Source: an uncultured delta proteobacterium
GTDB lineage: Bacteria; Desulfobacterota; Desulfuromonadia; Desulfuromonadales; BM103
Direction: 5' to 3'
Assembly (NCBI GenBank): GCA_963715335.1
Contig: CAVQRZ010000030.1
Span: 1-64,000 of the forward strand
Length of the DNA: 64,000 nucleotides
Of the stretch, positions 36,798 to 46,092 are shown in pieces. Below the pieces are notes generated by a model. It was given only the letters and a program-made list of their open reading frames with translations, was not told the DNA's origin and did not search any database. How positions within the stretch are numbered: the first letter of the stretch is position 1; the number at the start of each line of letters is the position of its first letter. A program made the position numbers and the translations under genes.

Positions 36798-37639
36798 GGC
36801 ACCGCCAGTTTCTTTCCAATCTCGGGGCAATAATACGTAACCCCTTGCAAAACCCCGGCGCTGTAATCCCCGCCCAGGGGAAAGTCGTCCTGTTGCGCCA
36901 GAAAGAGGGTTTCTGCACAACCGTTCTGCTTGGCCAGCTGTAGCGCCTGTTGTTTGATCTCCGGCTCAGCATTGGCGACCAGAATCGACCGGATTGAACT
37001 GCCCAGCACCGGCAAATCGTTGCCGCTGTCACCGGCAAAGATGACCTCCTGCGGGCCGTATCCCAAATACTGTTGCAGGAATTCGATGCCGTGCAATTTG
37101 GTTGCGTTGCGTGGCAGCACATCGAGCAGGCCAACCTGTTCCGGTTCGTCGATACTCCAGATCAAACTGGCGGCTACGCCCATCTGAGTCAATTGCTGGG
37201 CGACCTGCTGGAGGAGCTTGTCCCGATCTGCCGCCAGTGGCAGGTAATAGCTTAACTTGAAGCTGTTTTGCTTGCTCGGTTCCTGCAGTGTCAATCCCGG
37301 GAACCTGCTGAGTGCCTGCTGTAATTGGTCATGGCTTTTCCCCTGCCAGTCACCGGCGATCTGCTTTTGCCAGGCGCGTATTTCAGTCCATTCTGCCTGC
37401 TCCCGGCAATAGATTTTTGTGCCGACATCAGTAATCGCATAGTCTGGTTTAGGCAGCTGGTAGTCAGCAATCGCCTGTTCGACCAATTGGAGGTGCCGCC
37501 CGGTCACGTAAACCAGTTTAACCTCTGCTAATTCGCAAAGTTGCCGGAAATGTTCACGGGCCTGCGGGTGTTCCGGCTGGCGCCCGTTGGGGATAATCGT
37601 TCGGTCCATGTCGGTACAAAGGAGTAATCTATTTGTCAT
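36794..37639 (-). CDS. spp: Sucrose-phosphate phosphatase (HAD-IIB)
   Basis: CTDMDRT, VTGR, KLSYY, LLDVLP, AGDSGND. Confidence 0.88.
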   Translation of the reverse strand: MTNRLLLCTDMDRTIIPNGRQPEHPQAREHFRQLCELAEVKLVYVTGRHLQLVEQAIADYQLPKPDYAITDVGTKIYCREQAEWTEIRAWQKQIAGDWQGKSHDQLQQALSRFPGLTLQEPSKQNSFKLSYYLPLAADRDKLLQQVAQQLTQMGVAASLIWSIDEPEQVGLLDVLPRNATKLHGIEFLQQYLGYGPQEVIFAGDSGNDLPVLGSSIRSILVANAEPEIKQQALQLAKQNGCAETLFLAQQDDFPLGGDYSAGVLQGVTYYCPEIGKKLAVP

Positions 37640-39797
37640 GGGCCTGTCCCGTTTCCCGCGGATCTTTGCAGCTGCCGAAGAAATCGTAAAAATCGAGCGC
37701 TTCAAGAATCCCAGCGGCATTCGGCCGCCGGGAAAAATAGATTCGTTCAATATCGATCAGCTGCGAGAGCTCTTCATGATGTCGGTTTGCAACCACCGCC
37801 GCCAGGGTGTTGCCGCGCATCATATCTTCGTCGGCGCCTGAGCCGCCAGCGACGAAGACCGCTTCCAGCGGGATGTGCAGTTGCTCGACGACATAGCGTA
37901 GTGCCATCCCTTTGGATGCGCGCAGCGGGAGGATATCGAGAAATTGTCCGAACGCAGCCTGTACGAAAACGGCTTGCTCTTCCCGGTGCAGCAGCTGCTT
38001 GATCTCTTCAATCTCGGTTTGCTCCGGGTCGATATAATAACTCAGTTTGAAGCGGCTCTGCTCGATGCTGGGCTGCGTCTTCAGGCCGGGAAAGCCGGTC
38101 AGCAGCTTCCTTACGATTCGCGGCGACCAGTGATAATCGATATGCCGGGCCCAGGCTGTATCGGCGGTCAGTTCCGGGGCTCGACAGATCTCTGTGCCGC
38201 TGCTGGTGATCAGCACATCCGGCTCAGGAATTCGGTGTTTCTTCATCAGTTTCAACGCCGAATCGAGGCGCCGGCCGGTGGCGATGATAAAGTAACTGCT
38301 TTTGCGTTTTTGTCGAAGGAGTTCAACCAGTTCATTGAGGGAGCGATCGTCACCGATCAGGTTCTGGTCGAGATCGCTGACAATTGCCCGGTCGCGATAC
38401 AGGCCGGTCCGGCGTCGGACCGGTTGGCGCAGCAACGGCTCTGAACGTTCGGCGACCGGCTTGATGATCTTGCAGTAACGCTTTGCGTGGGCCTCCCAGG
38501 AATAGTTTTTTTGCACCCCGCGCACCCCCTGGATGGAACATTGCTGCCACAAGTCTCGATCGCCAAGCAGCTTCAACAGTGCTGCGATGATTGTTCCCGG
38601 TTCCAGGGGGTCGATCAGAAAGCCGTTTTTGCAGTTGCTGATGATATCCTTAGGCCCGCCATCCTCCGTGGCGACAATCGGCAATCCGCAGGCTGCCGCC
38701 TCAATCAGTGTCAAGCCGAAAGGCTCCGTCAGCGCCGGGTTAACGAAGACGCCACCGGAGGCCGTTGCGATCCGGTAAATCATCGCTACCTGGTCGCGCT
38801 GATGATGTTTCGGCATGGTCACTTTGCCATAAAGATCGTAGCGGTCGATCGCGACCAGGAGTTCATGAAAGACCTCTTGGGCGCCCTCTTCGAGATCATC
38901 GATGTCATCACGGTTCCCGGCAATAATTAACAGGTTAGCCAACTCCTGGAGCTGCGGGGATTGGCCGAAAGCATCTATCAGTGCACTGATGTTTTTGCGC
39001 CGGTCAGGTCGGGACAAGGCTAGAACAATTGGCTTGTCCGGATTTTTGAGGTGGCAGGTCAAATCCTTGAACAGGGGAGCCTGTAATTCATCGCCGCTCG
39101 GCGGCGTGAACTGGTTGAGGTTCGTTCCCGGTGGGACAACGCGCATCTGATCCGGATGATAGTGGTCATAAAGCTCATACTGCTCGGCAATTTCCTGGTG
39201 AGTGCTGGTAATCACCCGTTCTGCGGTTGCCAGGGTCTGTTCCTCTGCTTCAATCCGCCGGCTCATATGGAAGCGTTTTTCGATCTCCTGTGCGTTCAGT
39301 CCGCTTGCCATGAGACGGCTACGCTTAACGCGGCCGAGGGAATGGCCGGTATGGATCAGCGGAATTCCCAGCAGGTTGGCCAGGTGTGAGCCGACGTAAC
39401 CAGCGTCGGCGTAATGGCTGTGAATAATGTCTGGAAAAGAGTTGCTGTCACGAAAAAAGCTGGTCAGGTTGTCGGTAAAGAAATCGAGATGATCCCATAG
39501 CTCTTCTTTCGCCAGATATTCCTTTGGTCCTGCGTCAATCCGTATGATGCGAAGATTGTCGGCGAGTGTTTCTACCGGCTTCTCATAGTCAGCCGAAAGG
39601 TTTTTATCCGTCACCCGCTGAGTGATCAGGTCTACCTTGCTGATACCGGGTTGCATGGCCAGCGCTTGGGCAAGTTCTACCACGTAGAGCGTTTGTCCGC
39701 CGGTATCTGCATCGCGGCCCAGTTCGAGATTGTGCCAACGAATCAAGCCGTGAATACTTAACAAGGCGATGTAGAGTCCACCAGCCTTTTGAGCCAT
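37629..39797 (-). CDS. sps: Sucrose-phosphate synthase (GT4 + SPP-like domain)
   Basis: HGLIR..NLELGRDADTGGQ, HSHYADAG, HTGHSLG, RRIEAEE, NPALTEPFGLTLIEAAA; C-terminal SDLDQNL domain. Confidence 0.95.
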   Translation of the reverse strand: MAQKAGGLYIALLSIHGLIRWHNLELGRDADTGGQTLYVVELAQALAMQPGISKVDLITQRVTDKNLSADYEKPVETLADNLRIIRIDAGPKEYLAKEELWDHLDFFTDNLTSFFRDSNSFPDIIHSHYADAGYVGSHLANLLGIPLIHTGHSLGRVKRSRLMASGLNAQEIEKRFHMSRRIEAEEQTLATAERVITSTHQEIAEQYELYDHYHPDQMRVVPPGTNLNQFTPPSGDELQAPLFKDLTCHLKNPDKPIVLALSRPDRRKNISALIDAFGQSPQLQELANLLIIAGNRDDIDDLEEGAQEVFHELLVAIDRYDLYGKVTMPKHHQRDQVAMIYRIATASGGVFVNPALTEPFGLTLIEAAACGLPIVATEDGGPKDIISNCKNGFLIDPLEPGTIIAALLKLLGDRDLWQQCSIQGVRGVQKNYSWEAHAKRYCKIIKPVAERSEPLLRQPVRRRTGLYRDRAIVSDLDQNLIGDDRSLNELVELLRQKRKSSYFIIATGRRLDSALKLMKKHRIPEPDVLITSSGTEICRAPELTADTAWARHIDYHWSPRIVRKLLTGFPGLKTQPSIEQSRFKLSYYIDPEQTEIEEIKQLLHREEQAVFVQAAFGQFLDILPLRASKGMALRYVVEQLHIPLEAVFVAGGSGADEDMMRGNTLAAVVANRHHEELSQLIDIERIYFSRRPNAAGILEALDFYDFFGSCKDPRETGQAHDK

Positions 39798-40161
39798 TTT
39801 ATTCCCGTAGTTGTTTTTTAGGTCGATTCAGCAAAACAAAAAAGACTTGGAATGCTCGACTGTTATATCTCCAACACTGCATTACGGACAGCGATATCTC
39901 GCGAGTACATCTACATAAATGTTACCGCACCTTGTTGATTGATCCAGAGAAAACATAAAATTGTCCCCAATTTTGAATTTGGATTTAAGTTGCCAGCCAC
40001 CCAAAATTAACTGGGAGAGCTACTTAAAATTGCCTTTCAGGGCCAGGAGGCCACTATTCCGAGCTGCCAATGTAATGACTTTCAAAATGGTCTTGGAAGT
40101 CAACACATTTGCACGGGACACATATGCAAAAGTGTCCGTTTAAAACATACGGTTCAGAAAT

Positions 40162-40194
40162 AAAAAGACCCGGTCAATCGACCGGGTCTTTTTT
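40162..40194. terminator. Intrinsic terminator
   Basis: aaaaagacccggtc-aatc-gaccgggtctttttt. Confidence 0.85.
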
Positions 40195-40215
40195 CCCAAA
40201 ATTATGTCCTGCTCC

Positions 40216-40344
40216 CTAAAATCGCAACCAGAGCAAGAAAGAGACGCTGATGATTGTCATGGTGCTCCCCGCAACCAGGTAAAGCAGGGTATCCAGAACG
40301 TTGATCTGTCCACTATTTTTCCGGTCCTCCGAAAAATTCGGCAT
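40216..40344 (-). CDS. Small single-TM protein, 42 aa (not in ORF track)
   Basis: AAGGAGAG RBS; MPNFSEDRKNSGQINVLDTLLYLVAGSTMTIISVSFLLWLRF; terminator ~20 nt after the stop. Confidence 0.6.
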   Translation of the reverse strand: MPNFSEDRKNSGQINVLDTLLYLVAGSTMTIISVSFLLWLRF

Positions 40345-40565
40345 AAGCTCTCCTTATCTTTACCTTTTGACAATATAGCCCAATTCGGCCAGGGCATTGA
40401 TAAACACAGCAATGCTTGTGCCAAAAAAATAAAAAATTCATCCTTCTTGGTAACTGTCCGTAAATACTCTAAAAATAAGTTTTCAAAGCTCTTGCAGGCG
40501 AAGGCACGTTCGAGAACCTTGGTTAAATGGCGAAGCGAGAGTGAGGGTTTTGCCGGTTGGCTGAT

Positions 40566-40835
40566 TTAAGGGCGATCCATCTTGTGGCAGAAGAGACAGC
40601 GATATTTAGCCGGATGACCTTCAGGAAAAGGAACCGCGTCCTTGTTGTGGCATTCTTCGCAGAACTTCTCCGCGGCTTTTTTCCCATCGGCCTTGAGGAT
40701 ATCGTAAAAACGCTTATGATCTTCATCGTAGGGGACGCGACTGGTCGATTCCGGTGGAGCCTGCCAGAGGAACGCGAGGATCACGACAGCGATTCCGACC
40801 AGTAAAAAATCACGTTTTTTGAGGGCGAGAGCCAT
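40566..40835 (-). CDS. Small diheme c-type cytochrome
   Basis: N-terminal TM/signal; CEECH and CLFCH. Confidence 0.85.
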   Translation of the reverse strand: MALALKKRDFLLVGIAVVILAFLWQAPPESTSRVPYDEDHKRFYDILKADGKKAAEKFCEECHNKDAVPFPEGHPAKYRCLFCHKMDRP

Positions 40836-40970
40836 GGAAACCCCTGGTTTCAAATTGTTTCTTCGGATAATGCCGCCGCTCTGCTACCTGCGCAACAGGG
40901 TCAAAGATAGCATTAGTTCACGAACACTGCAATATCTAGAGAAAATTCGTTTGGAGCGGGCCTAAAAATA

Positions 40971-41306
40971 TTATTCGCTACGGATGAAGAGGAGATAGAT
41001 TGCTATGAACACGATCAAGGTGCCGCCGCCGACCAGAACCATCAGGGCGTCGGTCGGCATGCCGCTTTCCAGGGAGACTCCCCTCGACAGGGTATAGCCG
41101 AGCAGGTAGATGAATCCGGTGATTGTCATGACCACGACCAGCAACAGGCGCCAGCGCATCAGATATGCAATGACAGCGGTAACGCCGACCCCCGCAAGGA
41201 AGTATGGGTGCTCCATGATGGTCTTGAGGTCCATGGCCTTGACGAAGGCCATAACCTTGGTTGTTTCGAACTGTTTTATGAATTCAATGGCAGAGCTGAA
41301 ATCCAT
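40971..41306 (-). CDS. Hypothetical membrane protein
   Basis: GGAGGG RBS; three hydrophobic segments. Confidence 0.75.
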   Translation of the reverse strand: MDFSSAIEFIKQFETTKVMAFVKAMDLKTIMEHPYFLAGVGVTAVIAYLMRWRLLLVVVMTITGFIYLLGYTLSRGVSLESGMPTDALMVLVGGGTLIVFIAIYLLFIRSE

Positions 41307-41466
41307 CGGTCCCCTCCAGAAACTGCAGTGCCGGCATCAATTTTTCCGACTTCCCATGATACCATTTTTTCAGAAAGTGACAACGGCAAAAAACCGCCAT
41401 AATTCTTGACTTTTTCCGTCGTGCTCAATAGAGTAACCCCCTGCTGATCCTAGAGAAGAGAGGGCT

Positions 41467-42273
41467 TTGAAAGTGCCGGAACGTGCCATCGGAGTGTTTG
41501 ATTCAGGGGTTGGCGGGCTGACCGTACTGAGGGCCTTGCGCCAGCGGGTCCCTGGCGAGTTGCTCGTATACCTCGGTGACACGGCGCGGGTGCCGTACGG
41601 GACAAAGAGCTCTCCGACCGTAATGCGTTACGCGCACGAAGCCGCACGCTTTCTGCTTGCCCAGCGGGTCAAGCTGCTGGTGGTCGCCTGCAATACCGCT
41701 TCGGCGGTTGCCATCGACGAGCTGATAGAAAGGTACCAGGTGCCGGTCATCGGTGTCATTCAGCCTGGGGCCAAACGTGCCCTGGAGGTGACCCGCAACG
41801 GTCGGATTGGTGTCGTCGGGACTGAAGGGACGATCCGTTCCGGGGCCTATGACCGTGTCCTGCGGGAAAGCCGCCCGGATATCATCGTCCACACGGCGGC
41901 CTGCCCACTATTCGTGCCGATCGCCGAAGAAGGCTGGTCCCGCCACGAAGTTGCCCGCCTCGCTGCCCGTGAGTACCTGGCCCCGTTGCTCGACAAAGGC
42001 ATTGATACGCTGGTGCTTGGCTGCACCCATTACCCGTTGCTGAAAAAGACTCTGCAGGAGGTGGTCGGCCCCGATGTGCAGCTGGTCGACTCGGCACAGG
42101 AAACAGCGAAGGCCGTCAAGCTTCGGCTCGAACAGGACCAGTTGCTGCAGCCCGCTGCCACTGCGCAACCTCCATGCTATTACGTGACGGACATTCCGGA
42201 TCGTTTCGTACGGGTTGGCGGCGCCTTTCTCGGAGAGGAGCTGAAGGATGTCAAAACTGTCGTTTTGGATTGA
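41467..42273 (+). CDS. murI: Glutamate racemase
   Basis: FDSGVGGLTV, DTARVPYG, ACNTAS, LGCTHYP. Confidence 0.97.
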   Translation: MKVPERAIGVFDSGVGGLTVLRALRQRVPGELLVYLGDTARVPYGTKSSPTVMRYAHEAARFLLAQRVKLLVVACNTASAVAIDELIERYQVPVIGVIQPGAKRALEVTRNGRIGVVGTEGTIRSGAYDRVLRESRPDIIVHTAACPLFVPIAEEGWSRHEVARLAAREYLAPLLDKGIDTLVLGCTHYPLLKKTLQEVVGPDVQLVDSAQETAKAVKLRLEQDQLLQPAATAQPPCYYVTDIPDRFVRVGGAFLGEELKDVKTVVLD

Positions 42274-42276
42274 ATC

Positions 42277-42918
42277 ATGAGCGAAAGAGATCGTCAGGTG
42301 CAGAAGCAGAAGCCGCTTGGCAAGCGGCTGGTGCCATGGCTTATCCTCGTTGTTGCCCTGTTTGTTGTCGGTCTAGTGATCGGTACCCTGCAAAACGACG
42401 AGACGCCGAAAAAAACAGCCCCTGCCGCTGAGGTTTTGCAGCCGGCGGCGAGGGAGATCGTCCTCTATTTCGCCTCGAGTGACGGCCAGACCCTGGTCGC
42501 GGAGTCGCGACAGATCAACGGGTGTGAGCTCGATGAGGAATGCTTGAGCGGTGCGGTCCGGGCCCTGATTTCAGGACCGTCGGGAAGTCTGGTGCCGATT
42601 GTCCCACCCCGGACGATCTTGCGAAACCTGACTGTAGTCGATAGCCTCGTCCAGGTCGATTTCAGCCGGGACCTGATCGATGCCCATCCCGGAGGGACCC
42701 AGAGTGAACTGCTCACGGTCTATGGCCTGGCCGATACCCTGGCAGTCAACTTCCCTCACCTCCGACAGGTTCAGATCCTCGTCGAAGGTGCTCCTGTCGC
42801 AACTCTCAAAGGGCATGTCGACCTGCGCCAGCCCGTCTATCCAGATTTCAGCTTCGTCGAAGAGGGGGCGGCTCCGATCGGCAGAATGAACAGCCTGCCC
42901 GCCGGAGGCGACGAGTGA
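42277..42918 (+). CDS. GerMN-domain protein
   Basis: TM anchor; VLYF...LVAE.R, ALISGP, VDFS, VQILVEG, GHVDL; commonly adjacent to murI. Confidence 0.85.
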   Translation: MSERDRQVQKQKPLGKRLVPWLILVVALFVVGLVIGTLQNDETPKKTAPAAEVLQPAAREIVLYFASSDGQTLVAESRQINGCELDEECLSGAVRALISGPSGSLVPIVPPRTILRNLTVVDSLVQVDFSRDLIDAHPGGTQSELLTVYGLADTLAVNFPHLRQVQILVEGAPVATLKGHVDLRQPVYPDFSFVEEGAAPIGRMNSLPAGGDE

Positions 42919-44666
42919 CCAACTTCCACAGGGCGCTCGCCGACCGGGTCCTGGTCCTGGATGGCGCCATGGGGACTTTGCTTCAGGAACGGGGCCTGCC
43001 GCCGGGAGGCTGTCCTGAAGCAATGAACCGGGTTGCAGCCGACGCGGTCAGCGGCATTCATGCCGAGTACGCTAAGGCAGGGGCCGATATCCTGGTCGCC
43101 AACAGTTTTGGCGGCAACCGGGTCAAGTTGGCCAACTACGGCCTGGACGATGCGGTTGATGAACTGAATCGTCGGGCTGTGGAATTGGCAAGGCAAGCAG
43201 GGCACGCCGGAACCTTTGTCGGTGGTGCAGTAGGCCCTACAGGACGATTCGTCGAACCGGTCGGTGATGCCGGATTCGATGAAATGATTGACATCTTTGC
43301 CGAACAGATCTCCTCTCTCGCCGGTGCCGGTGCCGACCTGATCTCTTTTGAAACCTTTCTCGATATCCGTGAACTGCGCGCCGGAATCATTGCCTGCCGC
43401 GATGTCTGTGATTTGCCGATTATTGCCCAGATGACTTTCAACGATGCAGGGCGTACCGCGCTCGGGACCCCTCCCGCTGCCGCTGCCGTCACCTTGGATG
43501 CTCTGGGGGCCGATGTCATCGGCTCCAATTGCGGGCTCGGTATCGACGGTCTCCATGATGTGCTCGCTGAAATGCGCCAGGTTACACCCCGGCCCTTGAT
43601 TGCCCAGGCCAATGCCGGCCTGCCTGCCTTTAAGGACGGTCAAACAATTTTCCCCGGCACGCCGGAGGAGCTGGCGGCCTATCATGAGCGACTGGTCGCC
43701 CTCGGTGTGCGTGTCATTGGCGGCTGTTGTGGCATGACCCCGAAACATATCCGGGCGCTGCGCGCCGTGCTCAATCACTACCCTCAAAGTTGGACGCCAC
43801 CACCTCGCCGCGCTTTTCTCTCCAGCCGCAGTGCTGTCGCTGAGTTTGGTGGCAATACTCCCTGTGTACTGATCGGTGAGCGGATTAACCCGACCGGCAA
43901 GCAAGGGTATACCGAAGAATTGCGATCAGGGAAAACCGCATACATCCACCGTGAGACAGCGTCCCAGGTTGCTGCCGGCGCTGATTTGATCGATGTCAAT
44001 TGCGGCGCTCCCGGCGTCGATGAGGCCGACGCTCTGGAGCGGGCAGTCTATGCCGCCTCAGGCGCCAGCTCAGCCCCCCTGGTTATCGATACTTGCGATC
44101 CGATTGCCCTGGAGCAGGCTCTTAAAGCTGTCGACGGCAAGGTTCTGATCAATTCGGTCAGCGGCGAGGCAAAGAGCCTGGCGCGGATTTTGCCGCTCGC
44201 CCGGCGCTATGGCGCCGCGTTGATCGGCCTGACTCTCGATGAAGGAGGTATCCCAGCAACCGCGGAAGGGCGCGTTGCCGTTGCCCGGCGGATTCACGAT
44301 GCAGTTCTTGCTGCGGGATTGCCCGAGCAGGATCTGGTGATCGACTGTCTGGCCCTGACGGTGTCCGCTGAGCAGAAACGGGCGCTTGAGACCCTGCGCA
44401 CATTACGTCTGGTGCGGGACCAACTCGGCTTGGCAACGGTCCTTGGCGTCAGCAATATCTCCTTTGGGTTGCCGTCCCGCCCGATCCTCTCTTCGGTGTT
44501 TTTTGCCATGGCCTTGGAAGCCGGTCTCAAGCTTGCGATCATCAATCCAAAGGATGAGCGAATGATGGATGCGTACTGTTCGGCGATGGTCCTGCTCGGC
44601 CATGATCCGCGGGCCGAAAGCTACATAACCGGTTATGCCGACCGGGTCATGCCCGCACAGCCTTGA
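42915..44666 (+). CDS. metH: Methionine synthase N-terminal half (homocysteine-binding + pterin-binding domains); cobalamin-binding domain missing
   Basis: LDGAMGT, GSNC, GGCCG, IGERINPTGK, GVSNISFGLP; ends at 583 aa with no DxHxxG motif. Confidence 0.85.
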   Translation: MTNFHRALADRVLVLDGAMGTLLQERGLPPGGCPEAMNRVAADAVSGIHAEYAKAGADILVANSFGGNRVKLANYGLDDAVDELNRRAVELARQAGHAGTFVGGAVGPTGRFVEPVGDAGFDEMIDIFAEQISSLAGAGADLISFETFLDIRELRAGIIACRDVCDLPIIAQMTFNDAGRTALGTPPAAAAVTLDALGADVIGSNCGLGIDGLHDVLAEMRQVTPRPLIAQANAGLPAFKDGQTIFPGTPEELAAYHERLVALGVRVIGGCCGMTPKHIRALRAVLNHYPQSWTPPPRRAFLSSRSAVAEFGGNTPCVLIGERINPTGKQGYTEELRSGKTAYIHRETASQVAAGADLIDVNCGAPGVDEADALERAVYAASGASSAPLVIDTCDPIALEQALKAVDGKVLINSVSGEAKSLARILPLARRYGAALIGLTLDEGGIPATAEGRVAVARRIHDAVLAAGLPEQDLVIDCLALTVSAEQKRALETLRTLRLVRDQLGLATVLGVSNISFGLPSRPILSSVFFAMALEAGLKLAIINPKDERMMDAYCSAMVLLGHDPRAESYITGYADRVMPAQP

Positions 44667-44930
44667 TCGGCCAAGGTGTTCACCATGGTTGGCGGGGCCA
44701 AGCTCAAGTAGTTGCTGGGGGCCGGCGACCTGGAGTGAAGGAAAACGGGGAAGGGGAGAGGACTCTCCTGTTAAATTTAAGGTTTATTGATATCTTGCGC
44801 GGATTTTTGGCCTGTGCGAGAATACAAAGTTGATAAGAACTCCTTTTGCATTTTCAGAGCCGGTTGTCCGGGTATGGATGAGCAGCTAAAGCTCTACAAT
44901 GTTTGAGCGGAATCACGGAGAACAACGCAG

Positions 44931-45458
44931 ATGGTTGCCGGCTTCAACCACAATTTTCGCTACCAGGGCGAGGTCTACCACATCCAGACCGAGGACAGTG
45001 GGATGTTCAGAACCAACATCGTGACCCTGCTTTACCGGGGGGGGACGATCCTCGCCTCGAAAAAAACCTCCTATGCCGACATTACCAAGATCGATAATCT
45101 TGAGCAGGTCGTCGAAGAGTTAATGAAAGAGCAACACAGGAACATGTTGCGAGGGCTCAAATCCGGCGAGTTTGACGAGGTGATTGAACGCTTCAAGGCG
45201 AGCAATAAAGGCATCCCAAAGGCCTCCGAGGCAGCAGCGGTGAGTAAACCAACTGCGGTCGAAAAACAGGTTGCCCAGGATTCAACGCCTCTTTCGCCAC
45301 GCCCGATTGTCGCTCCCGTCGCTTCACCACAGGCACCGAACGGAGGTACTCCAGCCAAGGCCACCCCCCCTCCAACCCCCGAGCAGGGCCAGGCCCCGGC
45401 GGTCGAGGTCAGTCTTGACGAAGTGATTCTCTCCTACCTGATCGGGGACGAGGAGTAG
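44931..45458 (+). CDS. Conserved deltaproteobacterial protein, resembles Myxococcus RomY
   Basis: GFNHNFRYQGEVYHIQTEDSG...KKTSYADI...LMKEQH N-domain, Pro/Ala linker, C-terminal SLDEVILSYL; RomY similarity is from recall. Confidence 0.55.
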   Translation: MVAGFNHNFRYQGEVYHIQTEDSGMFRTNIVTLLYRGGTILASKKTSYADITKIDNLEQVVEELMKEQHRNMLRGLKSGEFDEVIERFKASNKGIPKASEAAAVSKPTAVEKQVAQDSTPLSPRPIVAPVASPQAPNGGTPAKATPPPTPEQGQAPAVEVSLDEVILSYLIGDEE

Positions 45459-45545
45459 TGCGAAGGGCGGGATGCGTGACCGGAGAAGCTCAACCCTAAG
45501 GGCCGAAAGGCTGGAAACAATTTTAGATAAAAGAGCTCGCTGGCA

Positions 45546-46067
45546 ATGCTTGTAACGTGTAAGCCTGCAAATGACAATCAACGCGGCGCAATTTTGCTGT
45601 TGCTTATGGTGATGGTGGTGGTCATGGGCCTCGCGGCTGGTATGGCAGGGGAATCCTGGCGCAGCACTATGCAGAGAGCCCGCGAGGACGAGTTGCTCTG
45701 GCGCGGAGAGCAGTACCAGAAGGCGATTGCCAGCTACCATTCCGTCAGGCAGGGTTCGCCGACGTTTCCGGCAAAACTGGAAGACCTGGTGCGCGATCCG
45801 CGTTTTCCGCATGTGGTAAGGCATTTACGCAAGCTCTATAACGATCCGATGACCGGAGAAGACCTGAAGTTGGTAACAGGTCCGGGTGAACGTATTATCG
45901 GTGTGCGCAGTAGCAGTGACCTTGAACCTTTCCGCAAGGATGGCTTCCCCAAATCCCTCGACAAACTACGGGGGAAAGAAGCCTACAATGAATGGGAGTT
46001 CGTATTTGAGCCGCCAAAGCAGCAAGTGGCCAAGAAACCAGCGATCACAACCTCTGCGCAACAGTAG
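45546..46067 (+). CDS. Type II secretion pseudopilin-like protein
   Basis: class III signal QRG|AILLLLM; REDELLWRG, FPAKLEDL, HLRKLYNDPMTG. Confidence 0.8.
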   Translation: MLVTCKPANDNQRGAILLLLMVMVVVMGLAAGMAGESWRSTMQRAREDELLWRGEQYQKAIASYHSVRQGSPTFPAKLEDLVRDPRFPHVVRHLRKLYNDPMTGEDLKLVTGPGERIIGVRSSSDLEPFRKDGFPKSLDKLRGKEAYNEWEFVFEPPKQQVAKKPAITTSAQQ

Positions 46068-46092
46068 CTGAACTCTTAAAGAGCAGGACACG

